64,000 nucleotides of DNA, taken from NCBI GenBank assembly GCA_963752285.1, contig CAVVXN010000001.1:160001-224000 (forward strand), given 5' to 3'. The translations under genes and the position numbers were made by a program. Below are positions 37,478-47,674 of the stretch, piece by piece. This DNA is from an uncultured Planctomycetota bacterium. Lineage in GTDB: Bacteria; Planctomycetota; PLA2; JAEUHO01. The notes below the pieces were generated by a model. That model made no database searches, had not been told where the DNA came from, and saw only the letters and a program-made list of their open reading frames with translations. Within the stretch, counting starts at the first letter, position 1, and each line of letters starts with the position of its first letter.

Positions 37478-37610
37478 CGAGATCGGGTCCCCGGGGCGGC
37501 CCGGCGACACGGGGATCGTACCGCCGCGCGGGACCCGGGCCGTCCGTCGTTCCGGGGCGCCCTCTCGCGCGGTCCGTAGAATCGCGGGTTTCGTCCTTCG
37601 GGAGACCGAG

Positions 37611-38114
37611 ATGAGCGAAGAGGCGGAGACCATCTTCAAGTTCACCGCCGAGGGCATCGACCTCGAGTTCTCGGGCAGCGAGGCCTTCGTCGAGAAGCAG
37701 GTCGAGCGCTTCCGCGCCTTCCTCGAGGGGGCGGTCGGCCAGGCGGCGAGCGCGGCCGGCGTGCTGACCGTCACCGAGACCGGCGCCGAGCCGGGAGAGG
37801 GCGACAAAGGGCCCGAGTCTCTCGTGGACTTCTACGCCGCACGCCCGACCCGCGAGGGACGCGGCGCCATCCAGGACCGCATCCTGCTCTTCATCTACTA
37901 CCTCCAGCGCGTGCAGGGCAAGCAGGCCGCGTCCAAGGAGGACATCGCGTGGTGTTTCCAACAGGTCGGCCTGGGCGTGCCGAAGAACCTCTTGAACGCG
38001 CTCGGCAACATGAAGCGCAAGCTCGGATACCTCGACGGGGGCGGACGTCGTGGGCTGTACAGCCTCTCGCAGAAGGGCGAGCAGTACGTGACGGAGCGCT
38101 TCGCCGCCGTCTGA
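37611..38114 (+). CDS. Hypothetical protein, probable C-terminal winged helix
   Basis: GGAG RBS, TAGAAT -10-like element; LEFSGSEAFV N-terminus; PKNL.NAL...GYL...GLYSLSQKGEQYV. Confidence 0.7.
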   Translation: MSEEAETIFKFTAEGIDLEFSGSEAFVEKQVERFRAFLEGAVGQAASAAGVLTVTETGAEPGEGDKGPESLVDFYAARPTREGRGAIQDRILLFIYYLQRVQGKQAASKEDIAWCFQQVGLGVPKNLLNALGNMKRKLGYLDGGGRRGLYSLSQKGEQYVTERFAAV

Positions 38115-38145
38115 GCGCCGCCGATCGCGCGCGCGCGACGGGCCC

Positions 38146-39306
38146 TCACTCGGCCGTCAGGATCTCTCGCGACGCCTCGGCCTCCGGGAGGAGGTCGCGG
38201 AGCACGCCCGAGAGCACGTCGAGCCCCGCGTCGGTCGCACGAAGCGTGGAACCGGCGCGCACGAGCAGACCCGTCGCGACGTGCGTGTCGATCCGCTCCG
38301 CGGCGCTCGCCTGCAGGTCGTGACCCGTGTGCTCGCGGATGCGACGCAGGTCGACGCCGCGCACGAGACGCAGGCCCATCATCAGCGCCTCGAACGCCTG
38401 GAGCGCGGGCGGCGTGGTCTCACGCCAGGCCGTCGCGTCGCCCGTCTCCTCGATGCACCGCGCGTAGCGCGCCGGGTCGTCCACGTTCTTCCAGCGCCGC
38501 GGCCCCTCGTGCGAGTGCGCACCGGCGCCGAGGCCGATCCAGTCCTCGTCGAGCCAGTACGCCACGTTGTGCGCGCACTCGGCCCCGGCGCCGCGCGCGA
38601 AGTTGCTGACCTCGTACCGATCGAACCCCGCCGCGGCGAGGCGCTCGATCGCGAGGTGCAGGTGCGCGAGGTCGCGCGTGTCGTCGGGCGCGGCGAAGCG
38701 TCCCTCGGCCGCGCGCCGGGCGAACGCGGTGCCGGGCTCGAGCGTCAGCACGTAGGCGCTCACGTGCTCCGGCTCGAGGTCGAGCGCGCGCGCGAGGTCC
38801 CGTTCCTGGTCGGCGAGCGACTGCCCCGGGATCGCGAGGATCAGGTCCACCGAGAGACGTTCGATCCCTCCGTCCTTCGCGAGAGACGCGGAGCGCACCG
38901 CGTCCCGCGCGTCGTGCGCCCGTCCGAGCGTCGCGAGGAGCCGGTCGTCGAACGACTGGACGCCGAGGCTCAGCCGGTTCACGCCGAGCGCGCGAAGCAC
39001 GCGCACCTTCTCGCGGTCGAGGGACCCCGGGTTCGCCTCGATCGTGATCTCGGCGCCGGCGCCCGGGTCGAGCACCTCGAAGAGCCCGTCGAGGAGTCGA
39101 TCGAGCCGCGCGGCGTCGAGGTGCGTCGGCGTACCGCCGCCCACGAACACCGTCCGGGGGGCGGCGCCGCGCGCACGCCGGCGCGCCTCCTCGAGGAGCG
39201 CCGCGACGTAGGCGCCCTGTTCGCCGTCGCGCCCCGCATGCGAGTTGAAGTCGCAGTACGGGCACTTCGAGGCGCAGAAGGGGACGTGGACGTACACGTG
39301 GCGCAC
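38146..39306 (-). CDS. hemW: Radical SAM heme chaperone HemW (HemN-like)
   Basis: YVHVPFCASKCPYCDFNS, GGGTPT, EANP, HVSAY, YEVSN, HN..YW. Confidence 0.9.
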   Translation of the reverse strand: MRHVYVHVPFCASKCPYCDFNSHAGRDGEQGAYVAALLEEARRRARGAAPRTVFVGGGTPTHLDAARLDRLLDGLFEVLDPGAGAEITIEANPGSLDREKVRVLRALGVNRLSLGVQSFDDRLLATLGRAHDARDAVRSASLAKDGGIERLSVDLILAIPGQSLADQERDLARALDLEPEHVSAYVLTLEPGTAFARRAAEGRFAAPDDTRDLAHLHLAIERLAAAGFDRYEVSNFARGAGAECAHNVAYWLDEDWIGLGAGAHSHEGPRRWKNVDDPARYARCIEETGDATAWRETTPPALQAFEALMMGLRLVRGVDLRRIREHTGHDLQASAAERIDTHVATGLLVRAGSTLRATDAGLDVLSGVLRDLLPEAEASREILTAE

Positions 39307-39376
39307 GACTCGGCTCCGTGGAGCGCCGAGGATGCGGTGGGGGGGAGGGGCGCGGGCGCGCCGAGACGACGAGCGC

Positions 39377-40237
39377 CTACCTCGCCCGACCGCCGTTCAC
39401 GTGACGGGACCCGGCGCCGCCCATCTCGCGAGACAGCCGTGCGAGGGCCTCGTGCTCGAGCTGGCGGACGCGTTCTCGCGAGATCCCGAGGACGCGGGAG
39501 ATCTGCCGGAGCGTGTGCGCCGTGTCGTGGTCGCCCAGGCCGAAGCGGAGACGGAGGATCTGCGCCTCGCGCTCGGGCAGACGATCGAGCAGCTCGAGGA
39601 CGCGCGCGCGGTCCATCGTGCCGTAGTCCACCAGGTCGGGTCGCTGCGCACGCGGGTCCACCAGAGCCTCGACGCTCTCGAAGAGGTTGTCGAGCGACAC
39701 GGTGTCGCCGCCGGCGGAGGCCCCGTGGTAGAGGCGCAGGAGGAAGCGCTTGCGGGGCACCGGCGGCTTCAGCGCCAGGACGAGCTCCTCGTCCCGCGGC
39801 GAACGACCGTGCTCCTGCTCGAAGCCCCGAGCGAACGCCCGCCACCGCGAGAGCTCTTCCGCCATGTAGCTCGGGATGCGCACGGTCTTGCCGGTGTTGT
39901 TGATCGAGCGTCGGATCGCCTGCCGGATCCACCACGTCGCGTACGTCGAGAAGCGCGTCTCCCAGGACGGGTCGAACTTCTCGACCGCGTGGACGAGGCC
40001 GATGTTGCCCTCCTCGACCAGATCGGAGAGCGAGATCCGGTGGTGGCGGTACCGCTTCGCGACCGAGATCACGAGCCTCAGGTTGGCGCGGATCATCCGG
40101 TCGCGGGCGTCCCAGGCCTCCCAGGTGTCGCCCTGGATCACGTGGGCGAGGTGGCGCTCCTCCTCGGCGGTGAGCAGGGGGTACCGGCGGACCTCCTGGA
40201 GGTACGTCTCGAAGTCCGGGTCGCCTCGCCCTTCCAT
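39377..40237 (-). CDS. Sigma-70 factor, RpoD/RpoS-like, lacking region 1.1
   Basis: YLQEV..YPLLTAEEE, ANLRLVISVAKRY, RFSTYATWWIRQAI, SRERVRQLE. Confidence 0.93.
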   Translation of the reverse strand: MEGRGDPDFETYLQEVRRYPLLTAEEERHLAHVIQGDTWEAWDARDRMIRANLRLVISVAKRYRHHRISLSDLVEEGNIGLVHAVEKFDPSWETRFSTYATWWIRQAIRRSINNTGKTVRIPSYMAEELSRWRAFARGFEQEHGRSPRDEELVLALKPPVPRKRFLLRLYHGASAGGDTVSLDNLFESVEALVDPRAQRPDLVDYGTMDRARVLELLDRLPEREAQILRLRFGLGDHDTAHTLRQISRVLGISRERVRQLEHEALARLSREMGGAGSRHVNGGRAR

Positions 40238-40327
40238 GGGGTCGCCACCTTCCGGCGCCGGGGGGGATCGGCCCCGGACGCTCGCCCGGGTTCCCGTTCG
40301 GCCAGATCGCGAGCCTACCTGAACGGT

Positions 40328-41500
40328 CTACTGGTCGGATACCTCCCGCCCGGCGGTCGCCGGAGCATCCGGGGGGAACGTCCCTTCCAGCACCGAGGCG
40401 TAGACGGCCTCGTACTGGGGGACGACGGCGTCCCGGGAGAAACGCTCCACCGCGGAGCGCCGAGCGGCCGCCTTCAGGCGGGCGAGCCGTTCGCGGTCCT
40501 CGAGGAGGTCCGCGGCCCGTTCGCCGAGGTCGTCGATCGCCTCCTCCGGCACGAGGAGGCCGTCCACGTCGTCCCGGACGACCTCGGGCAGGCCGCCGGC
40601 CCGCGTCACGATCGGCACCACGCCGCAGGCCATGGCCTCGAGCGCGGCCAGGCCGAACGACTCGTACTCGCTCGGGAGGAACAGCACGTCCGCCGCGGGC
40701 AGGAGCGTCTCGACGTTGGCCTGGGCGCCGAGGAATCGCGTGCTCGACCGGAGCCCGAGGTCCCGCGCGCGCGCCTCGCAGGGCGCCCGATCCGGGCCGT
40801 CGCCGATCATCAGGAGCGTCGCCGGACCGCGCGCCCGCACCCGCGCGAAGGCCTCCACGACCTTCACGGCGCGCTTCACGGGGCGGAAGTTGCTCATGTG
40901 GACAACGACCGGCTCACCGCGCGGGGCGAAGCAGGTCTTGACGCTCGGCGAGACGTCGGGACGGAACCGCTCGGGGTCCACGAAGTTCGTGATGACCTCG
41001 ATGGGGCGGTCCACGTCGAAGATGCGTCGGGTCTCCTTCTCGAGGTAGCTCGACACGCAGGTGACCGCGTCGCTCGCGAGCAACGCGTGGCGTGTCACGC
41101 GCGCGTACGAACGGTCCTGGCCCACGATGGTGATGTCGGTTCCATGGAGCGTGGTGACGACCGGGAAGGGCCGCGGTTTGAGGATGTCCTTCACGAGCAG
41201 CGCCGCGATGGCGTGCGGGATCGCATAGTGCACGTGCACGAGGTCGAGAGACGCTTCCTCGGCGACGTCCGCGAGGCGCGAGGCGAGCGCGAGGTCGTAC
41301 GGGGGATAGCGGAAGAGCGGATACGAGGAGACCTCGACCTCGTGGAGCCGGATGTGCTCGTCGAAGACATCGAGGCGCGCGGGCGGCGCGTACGAGACGA
41401 GGTGCACCTCGTGACCGTGGAGAGCGAGACCGCGGCCGAGCTCGGTCGCCACGACGCCCGAGCCGCCGAAGGTCGGATAGCAGACGATGCCGATCCTCAC
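40328..41500 (-). CDS. bshA: N-acetyl-glucosaminyl L-malate synthase
   Basis: IGIVCYPTFGGSGVVATELG, YPLF.YPPY, HVHYAIPHA, TTLHGTDIT, SNFRPVKR, ESFGLAALEAM. Confidence 0.96.
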   Translation of the reverse strand: MRIGIVCYPTFGGSGVVATELGRGLALHGHEVHLVSYAPPARLDVFDEHIRLHEVEVSSYPLFRYPPYDLALASRLADVAEEASLDLVHVHYAIPHAIAALLVKDILKPRPFPVVTTLHGTDITIVGQDRSYARVTRHALLASDAVTCVSSYLEKETRRIFDVDRPIEVITNFVDPERFRPDVSPSVKTCFAPRGEPVVVHMSNFRPVKRAVKVVEAFARVRARGPATLLMIGDGPDRAPCEARARDLGLRSSTRFLGAQANVETLLPAADVLFLPSEYESFGLAALEAMACGVVPIVTRAGGLPEVVRDDVDGLLVPEEAIDDLGERAADLLEDRERLARLKAAARRSAVERFSRDAVVPQYEAVYASVLEGTFPPDAPATAGREVSDQ

Positions 41501-42237
41501 AGCACCGCCCATCCGCGCTTGCGGAGTGCCGAGACTGGATCGTCGAGCGCGATCACCCGCTCCGCGACGTACGGCTCCGCCCACGCCGCGCCGACGCGCG
41601 CGCCCCAGTACGCGAATCGCGCCTCGTACCGCCGCATGAAGTCGGGCGAGGAGAGGTTCGTCGCGGGTCCGCCGTCGGAGGGCCGCCCGAGCTGCGACGC
41701 GTAGCAGCTCACGAGCTCGCGCCGCCGCTCCCAAACGTCCGACACGTCGATCACGAACGTCGGCGGCGGCTCGAGGTGCCCAAGGTAGTGGAGGATCGCA
41801 TCGGGACGGTGCGGGGGGAGCCCGTCCACGTCGATCCCGGCGATGGTGGAGAGGTAGTACGCGCGCTTCACCAGCGCCGCGCCGGCCACGTGGTCGGGAT
41901 GGAGGTCCACCGGCGCGGGCGCGAGCACGACGCGCGGGCGCCAGCGTCGGATCGCCGCGATCGCGGGCCGCGTCGCCTCCGGCGTCGCGACGACGGCGCC
42001 GTCGGGAAGCCCGAGGTTCTCCCGCGCGACGAGTCCCATCAGCTTCGTGGCGCGCGCCGACTCCGCACGCCGCGTCTCGGGAGTGCCCCGGCTGGCGGAC
42101 TCGCCCGCGGTCAGGTCCACGACGACCGTGCGGCGGCCCTCGTCACGAAGGCGGAGCATCCAGCCCCCCGCGCAGAGCTCGACGTCGTCGGGGTGCGGGC
42201 CGAAGGCCAGCACGTCGATCGGCTCGGGTCTCTCCAA
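41497..42237 (-). CDS. bshB1: Bacillithiol biosynthesis deacetylase
   Basis: HPDDVE, DLTAGE..SRGT..R..E, HPDH, CYASQ; 4-nt overlap with bshA. Confidence 0.92.
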   Translation of the reverse strand: MERPEPIDVLAFGPHPDDVELCAGGWMLRLRDEGRRTVVVDLTAGESASRGTPETRRAESARATKLMGLVARENLGLPDGAVVATPEATRPAIAAIRRWRPRVVLAPAPVDLHPDHVAGAALVKRAYYLSTIAGIDVDGLPPHRPDAILHYLGHLEPPPTFVIDVSDVWERRRELVSCYASQLGRPSDGGPATNLSSPDFMRRYEARFAYWGARVGAAWAEPYVAERVIALDDPVSALRKRGWAVL

Positions 42238-42248
42238 GGTCCTGCCTC

Positions 42249-43907
42249 CTATCCGCCCGCGCCGAGAAGGTGCACCAGATGGTGGCCCTCGGCGAGCGGA
42301 TCGAGGCCGGCGAGCCCCTCGCGAAACGCCTCGACCCCGTGCCGGGCGACGAGCGACAGAGGCGAGAGGACCCGCTCCTGGGGGCGATCGCGCGGCCAGA
42401 GCCAGTCGTGGAGGCGCCGGCGGCGGTCCGCACCGACCCCCCGGTCCCGGTCGAAGGCGGCGAGGACCGACGGGGCCGACTCCCGCGCCGCCCCGGCGAC
42501 GCGCTCCCCGGCGCGGGCGAGCGCGCGGGCCACCTCGCCACCGCCCTGCACGTAGGGGCGAAGGTCCTCAGTCTCTGTCCCGAGGCGCGCGGCCCACGCC
42601 GCGAGCGCGCGCTCGAGCGCCGCGCGCTCCTCGGCGTCGGGGACCGCGGACCGGTCCAGGAGCGCGGGGTCCGAGAGCAGAGCCGCGAGGTCGAGACCGA
42701 ACGCCCGGACGTTCTTCTCGATCTTCGGCTCGAGCCAGGTGGCGGCGGGACGCGGCACCGCGAGCGAGGGTCCGAGCCCGACCGCGGGGCGGGCCGCGGC
42801 GACCTCGGCGTGGTACGCGAGCTCGGTCGGGCCGCCGACGTAGGCGAGCACGGGGAGGAGGAGGTCCTGGACGAGGACGCGACCGGCGGCGTCGCCGGAC
42901 GCGAGGAACGGATCCTCGCGGATGCGCCGCGCCACCTCCGCCACGTCGAGACCCGAGGCGCGCCCGCGGAGGAGGACCTCGCCCCCCGGGGTGACGGTCA
43001 CGCGGAGTCGGGGGCCGCCGCGCTCCTCGCGGAGGAAGAGCGGCGCCTCGCCGGGCGCCGGGGCGAGCGGCGCGGCGAGCCCGGCCGCCTCGAGCGCGCG
43101 GCGGGCGCCGTCGAGCGCCGCGCGGACCTCGGCGTGGCGCTCGAGGAGGCGCGCGAGCGCGTCGCCCGCGAACGGCAGGAGGACCGGCGGCTCGACGATC
43201 ACCAGGCCCGCGTCGCCGAGGAGCGACGCGAGCTGGCGCGCCGACCACGTCGCCAGGTCCTCGCCCTCGTCCGGTTCCGGCAGGGACGCGAGGGCGGCGC
43301 GCGCGCGTTCGGTGTCGGGTAGGATGCCCGCCACCTCCTCGCGGAGCGCGGCGGCGGCCGCGCGGTCCACGGTTCGGTCCATCAGGCTCCGCCCGTCGGC
43401 CTCGCCAGGCAGCGAGAGACGGCGCGGACGCCCGTCCCGGTCGAGGAGGCACGCGCGGTTCGCCTCGTCGAAGTCGTGGTCCTCGGAGGCGAGCCAGAAG
43501 ACCGGTACGACGGGCCGACCGTCGAGCGCGGCGAGACGGCGCGCGAGGTGGATCGCGCCCGCCGCCTTGTGAAAGGTCATGAGCGGCCCGCCGAGGAGGC
43601 CGGGCTGCTGTCCCGTCACCACCGCGACGGCGTCCGGCTCCGCGAGCGCGCGGGCCGCGGCGACGGCGCGCGGCCCGAGGCCCAACGCGGTCTGACGGGC
43701 CGCGACGGCCAGGACGAGGTCGGCCGGCGGACGCGAAGCCTCCCGCCGCGCCCGGGTGAGCGCCGTCCCCCAGGCCGCGTCGTCCCTCGGCAGCACAGGG
43801 AGGAAGCGCGACGCCGGACCCTCGCCCCGGAGCAGCGCGGCGGGGAACGGGCCGGGCGACGGCGCGCGGTCCGGCGGGATGCGCTCGATCCGGGCCGCCT
43901 CGCCCAC
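42249..43907 (-). CDS. bshC: Bacillithiol cysteine-adding enzyme
   Basis: VVTGQQ.GL.GGPL...K, PVFWLASEDHDFDE, YVGGP.E.AY, PQER. Confidence 0.92.
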   Translation of the reverse strand: MGEAARIERIPPDRAPSPGPFPAALLRGEGPASRFLPVLPRDDAAWGTALTRARREASRPPADLVLAVAARQTALGLGPRAVAAARALAEPDAVAVVTGQQPGLLGGPLMTFHKAAGAIHLARRLAALDGRPVVPVFWLASEDHDFDEANRACLLDRDGRPRRLSLPGEADGRSLMDRTVDRAAAAALREEVAGILPDTERARAALASLPEPDEGEDLATWSARQLASLLGDAGLVIVEPPVLLPFAGDALARLLERHAEVRAALDGARRALEAAGLAAPLAPAPGEAPLFLREERGGPRLRVTVTPGGEVLLRGRASGLDVAEVARRIREDPFLASGDAAGRVLVQDLLLPVLAYVGGPTELAYHAEVAAARPAVGLGPSLAVPRPAATWLEPKIEKNVRAFGLDLAALLSDPALLDRSAVPDAEERAALERALAAWAARLGTETEDLRPYVQGGGEVARALARAGERVAGAARESAPSVLAAFDRDRGVGADRRRRLHDWLWPRDRPQERVLSPLSLVARHGVEAFREGLAGLDPLAEGHHLVHLLGAGG

Positions 43908-43913
43908 GACGCC

Positions 43914-44696
43914 TCAGCGCACCCGGCGCGCCACGCGGATCCAGCGCGGGGCGTCGGCGTGGAGGGGATTCCCCTCGAAGTCGCCGTACGGCTCTCCCTC
44001 GACCGCGAATCCCGCTTCCTCGAGGAGCGCGTCGAGCTCGGACGACGTGTAGAGCCGGACGCGCTCTTCGTAGCTCCGCTCGACGTGCCCCGTGTCCCGG
44101 AGCATCGCCGTCACCGTCTTCCGAACGACGGGGCCTCCGGGCGTGCTCTCGTCGATCTCGCGCTCGAGGCGGAAGCGGTAGCGACCACGCGTGATCTCGG
44201 TGACGGGCTCGAGCGCGCGACGGACGGCGTCGGCGTTCAGGTAGTCGATGAGGAACCGCCCGCCCGCGACGAGCGCCCGGTTCACGCCCTGCATGATCGC
44301 GAGATCGTCTGCTCGCTGCTCGAAGTACCCCAACGACGTGAAGAGCGACACCGCGGCCTCGAACTGCATGAAGAAGGGGAGCTGTCGGATGTCCCAGCGG
44401 ACGTAGTCGGGCGCGCCGGGGAGGTCCGCGCTGCGCTCGCGCGCCTCCTCGAGGAGTTCCGCCGACAGGTCCACGCCGGTCACCTGGAGTCCGCGTCGTC
44501 CGAGCGCGCGCGCGTACCGGCCGGCGCCGCACGCGACGTCGAGCACGCGCTGCCCCGCGCGGAGCCCGAGGAGGCGCAGGATCTCGGGCGCGTGCCGCTC
44601 CGCCTCCTCGTCGTCCCGGTGGGGGTAGAGGTGGAGGTACAGGCGGTCGAACGCCCGGACGAACCAGGGCGCGTCAGACACGGACGACGGCGGCAT
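43914..44696 (-). CDS. Class I SAM methyltransferase, candidate N-methyl-bacillithiol synthase (NmbA-like)
   Basis: WF..FD.LYL.LY.HRD..EA, LDVACGAGR, SLFTSLGYF, E.VRLY; AAGGAGG RBS; ends 6 nt before the bshC start. Confidence 0.8.
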   Translation of the reverse strand: MPPSSVSDAPWFVRAFDRLYLHLYPHRDDEEAERHAPEILRLLGLRAGQRVLDVACGAGRYARALGRRGLQVTGVDLSAELLEEARERSADLPGAPDYVRWDIRQLPFFMQFEAAVSLFTSLGYFEQRADDLAIMQGVNRALVAGGRFLIDYLNADAVRRALEPVTEITRGRYRFRLEREIDESTPGGPVVRKTVTAMLRDTGHVERSYEERVRLYTSSELDALLEEAGFAVEGEPYGDFEGNPLHADAPRWIRVARRVR

Positions 44697-45558
44697 GGAG
44701 CTCCTCCTTGGCGTGGCGCGCGGCGGCGGCGACCGCGTCGCGCCAGGAGCCCGAGGCGACGGGCGGATGGATGATGCTGCGGGACGCATTCACGATCATC
44801 CCGCTGCCGTCCGGGCGGCAGCCGGACACCACGTCGGTGGCGGTGGCCCCCTGCGCGCCGTAGCCGGGGACCAGGAACCCTGCGTCGGGCAACAGCGCGC
44901 GGAGCTCGGCGAGCGCCTCCGGGGCCGTCGCACCGACCACCGCGCCGACGGGGGGGAAGCCGGACCCGCCGCCTCCCGCGCGCGCGCCCAGTCGCTCGAC
45001 GAGACGCGCGGTCTCGACGAAGAGCGGCCGGCCGGACGCTCCGACCGGCAGCTCCTGGAGGTCGCGCGCGCCGGGGTTGCTCGTCCGCACGAGCACGTAG
45101 ATCGCCTTGCCGTTTCGGGCCGCGACGTCCACGAACGGCTCGAGGGCGTCGGCGCCGAGGTACGGGTTCACGGTGATCGCGTCCACCTCGAGGTCGCCGC
45201 CGGGCTCGAGGTGACCCGCGGCGTAGGCCGCGGCCGTGCTCCCGATGTCGCCTCGCTTCACGTCGCCGATCACGGGGACGCCGAGGCGACGTGCCTCCTT
45301 CAGGATCGCGACGTACGCGCGAAGCCCCGCGAGGCCGTGCGCCTCGAAGAACGCGATCTGCGGCTTCACGCAGGCCGCGTGCTCGCGCGTCAGCTCGAGG
45401 ATCTCGCAGCCGAACCGGGCGAGGATCGACTCGACGTCGCCGCCGGCGCGCCGGCGGACCTCCTCCGGGATCTTCTCGAGGCGCGGGTCGATGCCGACCG
45501 CGAGGATCGTCTCGCGGCGCTGCCGGGCCTCCTCCATCCGCTCGAAGAACGCGCTCAT
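44674..45558 (-). CDS. pyrF: Orotidine-5'-phosphate decarboxylase
   Basis: VGIDP, KPQIAFFE, DVKRGDIGST, VRTSNPG, VVGAT, PGYGAQG, NASRSI. Confidence 0.95.
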   Translation of the reverse strand: MSAFFERMEEARQRRETILAVGIDPRLEKIPEEVRRRAGGDVESILARFGCEILELTREHAACVKPQIAFFEAHGLAGLRAYVAILKEARRLGVPVIGDVKRGDIGSTAAAYAAGHLEPGGDLEVDAITVNPYLGADALEPFVDVAARNGKAIYVLVRTSNPGARDLQELPVGASGRPLFVETARLVERLGARAGGGGSGFPPVGAVVGATAPEALAELRALLPDAGFLVPGYGAQGATATDVVSGCRPDGSGMIVNASRSIIHPPVASGSWRDAVAAAARHAKEELHAAVVRV

Positions 45559-45646
45559 GGTCCGCGTGACTCTACCGCCGCGCGGCGCGACGCCCCCGCC
45601 GAGCCCGAGCCCCCGGGCCTCGCGGCGGCGTCCGGCCGCGCGGCCC

Positions 45647-46357
45647 TCATCGCACGACGCGCCCCGACGCGCGCGGGCGCGCGCCCGCGCGACGGAGGAA
45701 CGCGGCAACGATGCGCGGCCCGAGGGGCGTCAGGTAGCTCTCGGGATGGAATTGGACGCCCTCCACGGGGTGCGATCGATGGCGGAGCGACATCACGTCG
45801 CCCTCGCTCGACCACGCGGTGGCCTCGAGGCCCCGGCCCGGTCGCGCCGGATCCACCACGAGCGAGTGGTACCGCGCCGCGGGGAAGGGCGACGGGAGGC
45901 CGCGGAGGAGACCGGCGCCCTCGTGCCGGACCAGGTCGGCGGACCCGTGGAGCGGGCGGCGCGCGGTCGAGATCCGTCCGCCGTACGCCACGGCGATCGC
46001 CTGGTGGCCGAGGCAGATCCCGAGCACCGGGACCCGGGGCCCGAGGCGCCGGATCAGCTCGACGCTCACGCCCGCGTTCTCGGGGCGGCCGGGGCCCGGC
46101 GAGATCACCAGCGCCCGCCAGGCGCCGCGGGCGAGCTCCGCCGCGGAGGCCTCGTCGTTGCGCACGACCTCGACGGGCTGGCCGAGCTGTACGAGGAGGT
46201 GGACCGCGTTCACGACGAAGGAGTCGTAATTGTCGATCACGAGAACGCGCGGACCGCGCGGGGGCCTGTCCCCCTCGGTGGTCCACGACCGTGGAGCCCT
46301 CGTGGAGGAGGCGACGCAACCCGTTCCCAGTCCACGCTTCCCGCTGTCTCGTGCCAT
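45647..46357 (-). CDS. Anthranilate/ADC synthase component II (TrpG/PabA)
   Basis: IDNYDSF, SPGPG.P, GICLGHQ, RYHSL, QFHPES; start uncertain. Confidence 0.9.
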   Translation of the reverse strand: MARDSGKRGLGTGCVASSTRAPRSWTTEGDRPPRGPRVLVIDNYDSFVVNAVHLLVQLGQPVEVVRNDEASAAELARGAWRALVISPGPGRPENAGVSVELIRRLGPRVPVLGICLGHQAIAVAYGGRISTARRPLHGSADLVRHEGAGLLRGLPSPFPAARYHSLVVDPARPGRGLEATAWSSEGDVMSLRHRSHPVEGVQFHPESYLTPLGPRIVAAFLRRAGARPRASGRVVR

Positions 46358-46522
46358 GGTGGAGAACGCGCTGCGCCGGGGCGGGGAGGAGCACACCGAC
46401 CGCGCGCGCGCACCCCGCGACGCTCCCAGGTCGAACGTGTCCTGGATCATCCCTGCGGGCTCCCGGTCCCCCGGCCGGCGCGCGCTCGCAGCACACCGGG
46501 CGGGGCGGCCTACGATACGCCG

Positions 46523-47674
46523 ATGTCGATCGAGCCCCGCGTCTACCTCGATCACGCCGCGTCCACGCCGATCCGGTCGGACGTCCTCGCCGCCGTCACC
46601 GAAGCGCTCGCCGCACCCGGGAACCCCGGGAGCGCGCACGCGGAGGGCCGCGCGCAGAAGGACCGTCTGGAGTCCGCACGGAGCCGGGTCGCGGCGGCGT
46701 GGGGCGCGCGGCCCCGCGAGGTGGTGTTCACCGCGTCCGGAACCGTCGCGGCACAGCTCGCACTGGTCGGCGCCGCGCGCGCGGGGCGCGCGCGCTCGCC
46801 CCGCGTCGTCCTCTCCGCGATCGAGCACCCGGCGGTGGCCGACGCCGGCGACCTCCTCGCCGCCGAGGGGTTCGAGGTCCTACGGGTCCCGCCCGACGCG
46901 GACGGGCTCGTGCCGGCGGCCGCCTTCTCGGGGGCGCTGGAGGACGGCGCGGCGGTGGCCGCGCTCCTCCTCGCGAACCACGAGACCGGCGCGGTCCAGC
47001 CCGTCCTCGAGGTCGCCGCCTCCGCGCGCGCGCGGGGCGTGCCCCTCCTGGTGGACGCCTGTCTCGGACCCGGGCGCGTCGCCTCGCGCCCCGCCGACCT
47101 CGGCGCCGACCTCCTGGTCGCCTCGTCGCACAAGCACGGCGGCCCGGCCGGCGTGGGCCTCCTCTACGTGCGACGGGGCGTCCGGCTCGAGCCGCTCTGG
47201 CGCGGGGGACGGCAGGAGGAGGGGCTCCACGCCGGTACGGAGGCGGTGGCGCTCGCCGTGGGCGCGTCGATCGCGATCGAACGGGCGATCGAGGAGACCG
47301 ACACGCGCGCGTCGCGCGACGCGGCCCTCCTCGCCGAGGTGCTCGCCGCGCTCGCGGACGTGCCGCGCTGGCGCCCGGTCGCGCCCGCGGCGCACACGCT
47401 GCCGGGCTGGGCGACGATCGAGGTCGCCGGCGTCGAAGGCGAGGCGGCGATGATCAACCTGGACCTCGCCGGCGTCTCCGTAGCGACGGGCAGCACGTGC
47501 GCGCTCGGCGCCGCCGAACCCGCAGCGTCCCTCCTGGCGATGGGCTTCACGCACGCGCGCGCGGCGAGCACGCTTCGTATCACGACCGGTGAAGGCGTGA
47601 CCACGAACGGCGCGCGACGTGCAGGTCGGGCGCTTCGAGACACGATCGAGAGGCTCCGGCGACTCGCGAGATGA
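46523..47674 (+). CDS. Cysteine desulfurase (IscS/NifS class)
   Basis: YLDHAASTP, GNP.S.H, EHPAV, NHETG, SSHK (PLP Lys), GSTC (catalytic Cys). Confidence 0.9.
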   Translation: MSIEPRVYLDHAASTPIRSDVLAAVTEALAAPGNPGSAHAEGRAQKDRLESARSRVAAAWGARPREVVFTASGTVAAQLALVGAARAGRARSPRVVLSAIEHPAVADAGDLLAAEGFEVLRVPPDADGLVPAAAFSGALEDGAAVAALLLANHETGAVQPVLEVAASARARGVPLLVDACLGPGRVASRPADLGADLLVASSHKHGGPAGVGLLYVRRGVRLEPLWRGGRQEEGLHAGTEAVALAVGASIAIERAIEETDTRASRDAALLAEVLAALADVPRWRPVAPAAHTLPGWATIEVAGVEGEAAMINLDLAGVSVATGSTCALGAAEPAASLLAMGFTHARAASTLRITTGEGVTTNGARRAGRALRDTIERLRRLAR

